A DNA stretch of 4,961 nucleotides from a virus. Lineage: Duplodnaviria; Heunggongvirae; Uroviricota; Caudoviricetes. The first letter of the stretch is position 1. Every line of letters starts with the position of its first letter. The stretch is from positions 1 through 4,961 of IMG/VR virus record IMGVR_UViG_2698536450_000012. One strand, written 5' to 3'. The notes under the pieces were generated by a model, which was not told the origin of the DNA, ran no database searches, and saw only the letters and a program-made list of their open reading frames with translations. The position numbers were made by a program, and so were the translations under genes. Shown piece by piece: positions 1-4,061 of this stretch.

Positions 1-84
1 AATGGCAGTGGCTACAGCGACGGCACCTTCTTCCTTTATTGCCTGTTCGTCCGGAATGGCGGCGCAAATAAAGACTTTACTCAT
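1..84 (-). CDS. Hypothetical protein, 5' end only (gene continues past the left edge of the window); N-terminus MSKVFICAAIPDEQAIKEEGAVAVATAI
   Basis: ATG at 84..82 on the minus strand, with a GAGGT Shine-Dalgarno (reverse complement of 93..97) 8 nt upstream. The frame is open to the window edge (28 codons). It is absent from the ORF track because no stop lies inside the window. Confidence 0.5.
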   Translation of the reverse strand, partial: MSKVFICAAIPDEQAIKEEGAVAVATAI

Positions 85-163
85 TTTGTTTTACCTCATT
101 ACAGATTTAAGGGTGAACAAATCCCTGCCATTGCTGGCATATAAAAATGAAACTGGATATTAA

Positions 164-367
164 TTACGGCGCTGTTTTTAATCCTGCCGGGATTTCGTTA
201 TTGTCCATGTGAATAACTTTATCGACCGGATAACAGTTGCCGGGAATTTTCTGTTCCGCTGCGGCAGCCATGCATTCTTTCATTGAGTTGTACATGCCGG
301 TGATTGCATCAAGCGACTCACCAGTATTGAGATGTACAGTCAGAATGAGTATGAATAATGTGTTCAT
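164..367 (-). CDS. Small hypothetical protein (67 aa from the ATG) with a hydrophobic N-terminal segment (MNTLFILILTVHLNTG), possibly a signal peptide or membrane anchor, and two Cys in the C-terminal part
   Basis: ORF track 164..373. The ATG at 367..365 overlaps the TGA stop of the upstream ORF (366..364) as ATGA, which suggests translational coupling. GGAGAG lies 5 nt upstream. The track start at 373 is a GTG two codons further up. Confidence 0.55.
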   Translation of the reverse strand: MNTLFILILTVHLNTGESLDAITGMYNSMKECMAAAAEQKIPGNCYPVDKVIHMDNNEIPAGLKTAP

Positions 368-552
368 CGCCACTCTCCGAAAATACCGAGTTTAAGAAGG
401 GCAATTCTGGAGAGTATGGAATTGTCATTCAGCAGGTAGGGTTCATATTTTCTCATATTGATTGCATCCTCGGTGAAATCCCTGTTACTGAGCAGAACAC
501 CAATATTAAAGCACCCGTCAGACGTATTAACGTTTGGTAGTGACGTTTCCAT
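364..552 (-). CDS. Small hypothetical protein, 62 aa, no recognisable domain
   Basis: ATG at 552..550 lies 10 nt downstream of the rha stop (565..563). A GAGGA Shine-Dalgarno overlaps the rha stop codon with a 7-nt spacer. Same strand and operon context as rha. Confidence 0.55.
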   Translation of the reverse strand: METSLPNVNTSDGCFNIGVLLSNRDFTEDAINMRKYEPYLLNDNSILSRIALLKLGIFGEWR

Positions 553-562
553 TATCGCGTCC

Positions 563-1120
563 TCAACAATGAATTTTTAGCAATTGCTCCACAGTCATAT
601 TTTTAATTGCGCTCCGGTTTACAAGAGTCCATCCTTGTTTCTCCAGATAAAACCGGAAGGTATCCAGGGTGCAGACCATTGCGCCGTCAGGAACGGTTTC
701 AGTGAATTTGATATTGCCGTGTTCGTCGAGACGGATAACTAGGGTGCGTCCGTCCCCGTGAATCATTTTGTCGGGAGACGGGGCGTTATTCTGGCGCAGT
801 TCTTCCTCCATGCGATCGAACTCAGCGATGTAGGCTTCTTTGAAAGTTGCGGCTTTTTTACCTGTGAACCCCATCACCAGGAAAACGAAGCCGTTTTTGG
901 TGATTTGGTACATGGGGCGTTTTTCGCCTTTGGCGTCGGTGTAGGTAACGGGCGTAAAATTGCGCTCGTTAAAATCTTCAGAGCATTCTAGCGTTTCAAT
1001 TTTGCGCAGAACGTCCTTGTGCATTTTGCGGAAGAACTCTGCAACCGCAACAGACGTAGTGACAGCGCGACCATTTTCGATGGTTACGTCAGGGTGAGAA
1101 AGGGTAGGGATAGTAGCCAT
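563..1120 (-). CDS. rha: Phage regulatory protein, Rha family (N-terminal Rha domain MATIPTLSHPDVTIENGRAVTTSVAVAEFFRKMHKDVLRKIETLE...KGEKRPMYQITKNGFVFLVMGFTGKKAATFKEAYIAEFDRMEEEL, plus a C-terminal domain of unknown function)
   Basis: Recognised from memory as the Rha (Phage_pRha) family. Start placed at the ATG at 1120..1118, which has an AAGAGG Shine-Dalgarno (reverse complement of 1129..1134) 8 nt upstream. The ORF track extends the frame to 1417, but that extension contains a terminator-like hairpin with a U-tract and has no domain-like sequence. Confidence 0.8.
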   Translation of the reverse strand: MATIPTLSHPDVTIENGRAVTTSVAVAEFFRKMHKDVLRKIETLECSEDFNERNFTPVTYTDAKGEKRPMYQITKNGFVFLVMGFTGKKAATFKEAYIAEFDRMEEELRQNNAPSPDKMIHGDGRTLVIRLDEHGNIKFTETVPDGAMVCTLDTFRFYLEKQGWTLVNRSAIKNMTVEQLLKIHC

Positions 1121-1150
1121 AATGGCAGCCTCTTGGTTGAGTATTAATAA

Positions 1151-1189
1151 CTCACCACCAAGGTTTTCCACGACCATAAGGGTGGTGAG
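1151..1189 (-). promoter_or_regulatory. Perfect 9-bp inverted repeat (CTCACCACC / GGTGGTGAG) with a 21-nt loop, in the rha 5' leader about 20 nt upstream of the Shine-Dalgarno
   Basis: Read directly: 1151..1159 is the reverse complement of 1181..1189. As RNA on the minus strand the loop contains GUGGAAAAC. Confidence 0.4.
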
Positions 1190-1288
1190 GCGTACAGGGG
1201 TGGAAATACCGGTCAACCAAGAATCCGGCCAGCCTTGCAGCTGCCCTGCACGCCCCACCATAATCTGAATGTGGCTGTGCTTGACGCA

Positions 1289-1312
1289 TAAAAAAACCGC
1301 CTGAGCGCGGTT
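1289..1312 (-). terminator. Candidate intrinsic terminator on the minus strand (stem aaccgc/gcgguu, 6-nt loop, then U7)
   Basis: On the plus strand an A-run (1290..1296) precedes the hairpin at 1295..1312, so on the minus strand the hairpin is followed by UUUUUUU. The stem is short (4 GC and 2 AU pairs), so strength is moderate. Confidence 0.5.
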
Positions 1313-1372
1313 ATGCGCTTGATTGAATTCCGGGTTTCCACGCCCGGCACCCGTTTTATGAGGTGCAGGTGC

Positions 1373-1401
1373 ACTATAATTCCACCCGTTCTGGTTTTCA
1401 A
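1373..1401 (-). promoter_or_regulatory. Candidate sigma70 promoter on the minus strand: -35 TTGAAA (1401..1396), 17-bp spacer, -10 TATAGT (1378..1373); predicted start near 1366
   Basis: Both hexamers match consensus at 5 of 6 positions with the optimal 17-bp spacer. It lies about 75 nt upstream of the terminator at 1289..1312. Confidence 0.4.
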
Positions 1402-1904
1402 TAGCTACATTCAACATTTTCTCTTACCTTTCATCACCGAAGTGAACTTTGTTGATGCGGTGCCTGGTGCCTCCAGGTGACGTTAACCAGTTAACAATTA
1501 ACGCCGGATACAGAGAATCCACCCATAACACTGTTTTTGGTTTTAACTGTTCCGCGTGCGCTGAGCCGCATTCACCGCATCACAAAATTCACTTTAAAAA
1601 GGGCGGCAGAGCAGCCACGGAGTAAAACTGATACTGCCAAACGTCACCAGAAAATTGATAACAGAGGGCGTTGCAGCGGGGTTGTCACTTAAGCGTATGG
1701 TCAACCTGACAACCCGGTGTCCTCAACGGGGAAGGAATAACCCCGCCATACTTACCGCCGCGCCATTTCGCGGAGTGCCACAACCGGAAGCGCACGGTCG
1801 ACGAAAATTTAACGACAGGCTATCTATGAACCAGCAACCTCGCCGTGCACTTTCGCGTTATGCTCTGACTTTTCAGAGAAATATCCTTTCAGTAAACTGT
1901 CAGT

Positions 1905-1954
1905 GCCGGATGTTCACCCGTGTCCGGCGCACGCACTCCACTTCACCCGTGGAG
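1905..1954. other. Two adjacent stem-loops with a shared loop motif TTCACCCGTG (plus strand) / CACGGGUGAA (minus-strand RNA)
   Basis: Hairpin A has stem 1905..1910 / 1923..1928 (gccgga/tccggc) and a 12-nt loop. Hairpin B has stem 1936..1941 / 1949..1954 (ctccac/gtggag) and a 7-nt loop. The 10-mer TTCACCCGTG occurs at 1913..1922 and 1942..1951. Confidence 0.45.
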
Positions 1955-1993
1955 AACTCCTTAATTACCAACCTTAGCTTCGTTGGTTAGCTA

Positions 1994-2212
1994 TTAACGC
2001 GGGTATGTAATCATTCTGGCAATGCTTAATGCCGCTGCTTTTTCCAGATTGGTGATATCCTGCTCCAGAGCGGACAGATTTTCAGCCTGCTTAGCCCTGG
2101 CTTCATTGGCCCATTTCAGGTCCTGCGCTGCCTTAATTTTCTGGTGCATCCACTCATAAAGTTCATCATCGGTATAGTCTGGCGCGATGATGACGGGTTC
2201 TCGTTTCTGCAT
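1994..2212 (-). CDS. Small hypothetical phage protein, 72 aa (MQKREPVIIAPDYTDDELYEWMHQKIKAAQDLKWANEARAKQAENLSALEQDITNLEKAAALSIARMITYPR)
   Basis: ATG at 2212..2210 with an AAGGAG Shine-Dalgarno 5 nt upstream. The sequence looks protein-like (charged, helical). Same orientation as the leftward early operon. Confidence 0.65.
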   Translation of the reverse strand: MQKREPVIIAPDYTDDELYEWMHQKIKAAQDLKWANEARAKQAENLSALEQDITNLEKAAALSIARMITYPR

Positions 2213-2283
2213 GTCGGCTCCTTGTGGTTAGCGTTGCCTGCTTTTAACCACGTCAGGCGAGGTGGTATCCTCTGAGGGGTCTG

Positions 2284-2640
2284 TTACTCGAGAGGAAATT
2301 GGTTATGAATACAATCAAGTTTTCTTGCCCAGAATGTGGCGGCGAAGTCTTTGACACATCCTTTAAACCGCATGGCTCTGACAGTTTCGCGGGAGCCATC
2401 TGCAAAAATTGTGGTCACCTTGTAACTGAAGATGAGTCCTCGCAGTTTGATGACGAAATCGTTGACAATATCTTCGGTGCACTCACCAGAGACTTTCTGA
2501 AGTAAAGGCGCATACCGCTTAGTTACCGCTCTGATAATTCTTACCTGTCCGGCAATGGCGCTGATATCAATATAAAGCGCCATCGCTGTTTCTTTGCTGA
2601 TCCCTGGATGCCTTCCATTCTGATGTTTGACTTCGCCCAC
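2284..2640 (-). CDS. Alternative call: 118-aa ORF immediately downstream of the leftward early promoter (GTG start), fully overlapping the zinc-ribbon ORF on the opposite strand
   Basis: GTG at 2640..2638 with an AGAGGA Shine-Dalgarno and a 7-nt spacer, about 70 nt downstream of the candidate leftward promoter. Against it: 5 of 9 Arg codons are AGA/AGG, there is no recognisable domain, and antisense frames in the same register often stay open by chance. Confidence 0.3.
   Translation of the reverse strand: MGEVKHQNGRHPGISKETAMALYIDISAIAGQVRIIRAVTKRYAPLLQKVSGECTEDIVNDFVIKLRGLIFSYKVTTIFADGSRETVRAMRFKGCVKDFAATFWARKLDCIHNQFPLE
2305..2505 (+). CDS. Small C4 zinc-ribbon protein, 66 aa (CPEC ... CKNC), with an acidic C-terminal tail (EDESSQFDDEIVD)
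   Basis: ATG at 2305 with an AGAGGA Shine-Dalgarno and an 8-nt spacer. Two CxxC pairs are 23 residues apart. Codon usage is ordinary. It is antisense to, and in the same codon register as, the minus ORF 2284..2640, so only one of the two may be real. Confidence 0.55.
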   Translation: MNTIKFSCPECGGEVFDTSFKPHGSDSFAGAICKNCGHLVTEDESSQFDDEIVDNIFGALTRDFLK

Positions 2641-2718
2641 TGAGAAATCCTCTGTTTCCCCTTAACGCCGGGGTAGCGGAACTAAGACCTGTCGCACCGT
2701 TGTGCTTTGATGGAATAC

Positions 2719-2747
2719 ATTGTTCTCTCTAGGTGAACAAAAGTCAA
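2719..2747 (-). promoter_or_regulatory. Candidate leftward early promoter (pL-like) on the minus strand: -35 TTGACT (2747..2742), 17-bp spacer, -10 AACAAT (2724..2719), overlapped by an operator-like inverted repeat TGTTC-N9-GAACA (2721..2739)
   Basis: Same hexamers, spacer length and embedded inverted repeat as the rightward promoter at 3249..3277. It sits immediately downstream of the repressor terminator. Confidence 0.5.
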
Positions 2748-2761
2748 CATGATGAATACGC

Positions 2762-2791
2762 AAAAAAAAAAAAAAACCGCCTTGCGGCGGT
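2762..2791 (-). terminator. Strong intrinsic terminator of the repressor transcript (stem accgcc/ggcggu, GCAA tetraloop, then U15)
   Basis: On the plus strand A15 (2762..2776) is followed by ccgcc ttgc ggcgg (2777..2790). On the minus strand this is a GC hairpin followed by 15 U, about 25 nt downstream of the repressor stop (2813). Confidence 0.8.
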
Positions 2792-2812
2792 ATGATTCTG
2801 TAAAATAAAGAA

Positions 2813-3202
2813 TTATTTTTGTCGTGTTATTGGGTCGACGTATTCTGAGTAAAATTCGGTCAGTTTTTGGAGTCGCATTTGAAAAGCTGCCAGCATATTT
2901 CTACGTTCTACAGGTGGCAGGTTTCTGTAAACATCAAGCAGGGCCTTCTCGTCATCATCAAGCGCCTCTCTATTTGTCTCTTCTTTCCCTGTCAGTAGCC
3001 AAGAAAGGGAAACGTTTGTGGCTTCTGCAATTTTGGCTGCGGAATCTTTACTGATTGTTCCTCTTTTTTTCCATGCGTTGACTGATGAACGACCTACACC
3101 AGCGATACGCGCTAAATCTGAACCACTTAAATGATGCTGTTGAGAGATCGTATCTAACCTTTCTGCTAGCGGGGTGTCGTATTGCTTTTTTCTCATGTCC
3201 AT
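2813..3202 (-). CDS. Prophage repressor, XRE-type helix-turn-helix (cI / RacR / DicA-like), 129 aa
   Basis: Helix-turn-helix motif LSGSDLARIAGVGRSSVNAWKKRG. Divergent from the Cro-like gene. A consensus TATAAT ends 7 nt before the ATG, which predicts a leaderless transcript with no Shine-Dalgarno, as for lambda cI from pRM. Confidence 0.85.
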   Translation of the reverse strand: MDMRKKQYDTPLAERLDTISQQHHLSGSDLARIAGVGRSSVNAWKKRGTISKDSAAKIAEATNVSLSWLLTGKEETNREALDDDEKALLDVYRNLPPVERRNMLAAFQMRLQKLTEFYSEYVDPITRQK

Positions 3203-3208
3203 TTGGCA

Positions 3209-3236
3209 ATTATAACCGTTCAGTGAACACTAACAA
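3209..3236 (-). promoter_or_regulatory. Candidate repressor-maintenance promoter (pRM-like) on the minus strand: -35 TTGTTA (3236..3231), 16-bp spacer, -10 TATAAT (3214..3209); the spacer contains the palindrome GTTCAgTGAAC (3218..3228)
   Basis: Hexamers and spacing read directly. The predicted transcription start coincides with the A of the repressor ATG at 3202. Confidence 0.5.
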
Positions 3237-3248
3237 TTCCTCGAGGTG

Positions 3249-3277
3249 TTGACTTGTGTTCGTTTTAAGTGAACAAT
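3249..3277 (+). promoter_or_regulatory. Candidate rightward early promoter (pR-like): -35 TTGACT (3249..3254), 17-bp spacer, -10 AACAAT (3272..3277), overlapped by an operator-like inverted repeat TGTTC-N9-GAACA (3257..3275)
   Basis: Back-to-back with the pRM-like promoter. A GGAGG Shine-Dalgarno (3297..3301) precedes the ATG at 3306. Confidence 0.5.
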
Positions 3278-3305
3278 CGTTGTGGTTAGTTGAACTGGAG
3301 GTTGT

Positions 3306-3581
3306 ATGACAGCATTGGACAAAGCAATAAAGATTGCTGGTGGTATTCGTCCGCTAGGGCGTGCAATAGGGGCTTGGCCATCTCAAATACACAAATGGGC
3401 AAATGAATACAATGGTCGAGTGCCGACGGGAGAACGGGTTCGTCAAATTTATATTGCAACTGGGGTTACTCCTCATGAATTGCGACCAGATTTATACCCG
3501 AATCCAACTGACGGGTTGCCTGCTGGAGATAAGGCTAACACACCAAATACACCGGAGTTGATTCATGAAAATCAAGCATGA
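3306..3581 (+). CDS. ydaS: Cro-like DNA-binding regulator, YdaS family, 91 aa
   Basis: Divergent from the repressor, with a GGAGG Shine-Dalgarno. The motif GVTPHELRPDLYP is typical of the YdaS / Cro-type family as recalled from memory. Confidence 0.8.
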   Translation: MTALDKAIKIAGGIRPLGRAIGAWPSQIHKWANEYNGRVPTGERVRQIYIATGVTPHELRPDLYPNPTDGLPAGDKANTPNTPELIHENQA

Positions 3582-3990
3582 ACACATCCGCATGGCGATG
3601 AATGCCTGGGCGCGTCCTGATGGCGAAAAAGTTCCAGCAGCTGGAATAACCCAGGCTTATTTTGAGTTGGGTATGACGTTTCCTGAACTGTATGACGACA
3701 GCCATCCGGAAGCCCTGGCTCGCAATACACAGAAAATTTTCCGCTGGGTAGAGAAAGACACCCCTGATGCAGTTGAAAAAATTCAGGCGTTGTTACCAGC
3801 GATCGAAAAGGCAATGCCACCTTTGCTGGTGGCCAGAATGCGCAGCCACAGTTCAGCTTATTTTCGGGAGCTGGTGGAGACGCGGGAGCGACTGGTGAGA
3901 GACGCTGATGATTTTGTCGCAGTGGCAATCGCCGGTTTCAATCAGATGAACCGTGGTGGCCCGGCAGGAAATGCTGTGGCAGTACATTGA
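3565..3990 (+). CDS. ydaT: YdaT-family regulator, 141 aa, in the cII-equivalent position
   Basis: The N-terminus MKIKHEHI and the C-terminal ...AVAVH match what I recall of Rac YdaT. The start overlaps the ydaS-like stop by 17 nt. GGAG lies 8 nt upstream. Confidence 0.8.
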   Translation: MKIKHEHIRMAMNAWARPDGEKVPAAGITQAYFELGMTFPELYDDSHPEALARNTQKIFRWVEKDTPDAVEKIQALLPAIEKAMPPLLVARMRSHSSAYFRELVETRERLVRDADDFVAVAIAGFNQMNRGGPAGNAVAVH

Positions 3991-4061
3991 CTGACAATAG
4001 CCATATCGAATCGCTTCCGGCAACTCGTGAGTAAAATGATTCGGTATCAGAAGAGGTGAGT

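Noticed and set aside
358-540. Plus-strand ORF, 60 aa (MCSSPLSENTEF...)
   Set aside because: Antisense to the 62-aa minus ORF, which is translationally coupled to rha. It has no convincing Shine-Dalgarno and is most likely a shadow ORF.
758-991. Plus-strand ORF, 77 aa, inside rha
   Set aside because: Antisense to the well-supported Rha coding sequence, with no ribosome-binding site and low-complexity composition.
1213-1401. Minus-strand ORF, 62 aa (TTG start) spanning the terminator hairpin
   Set aside because: It starts with TTG inside the candidate -35 hexamer, crosses the terminator, and is Arg/Lys-rich without domain character. The region is better explained as noncoding RNA or leader.
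1655-1990. Plus-strand ORF, 111 aa in the noncoding gap
   Set aside because: TTG start without a Shine-Dalgarno, an Arg-rich composition typical of off-frame translation, and opposite orientation to the operon. Kept only as a remote possibility.
2657-2673. Possible boxB-like hairpin in the pL leader (cccc ttaacgcc gggg)
   Set aside because: A 4-bp stem with an 8-nt loop does not resemble lambda boxB (5-bp stem, GAAAA loop), and no boxA-like CGCTCTTA was found. Too weak to call a nut site.
2824-3054. Plus-strand ORF, 76 aa inside the repressor gene
   Set aside because: Antisense shadow of the repressor coding sequence.
3572-3928. Minus-strand ORF, 118 aa inside the ydaT-like gene
   Set aside because: Antisense to a recognisable YdaT-family gene, with Pro/Cys/Gly-rich composition and no start context.
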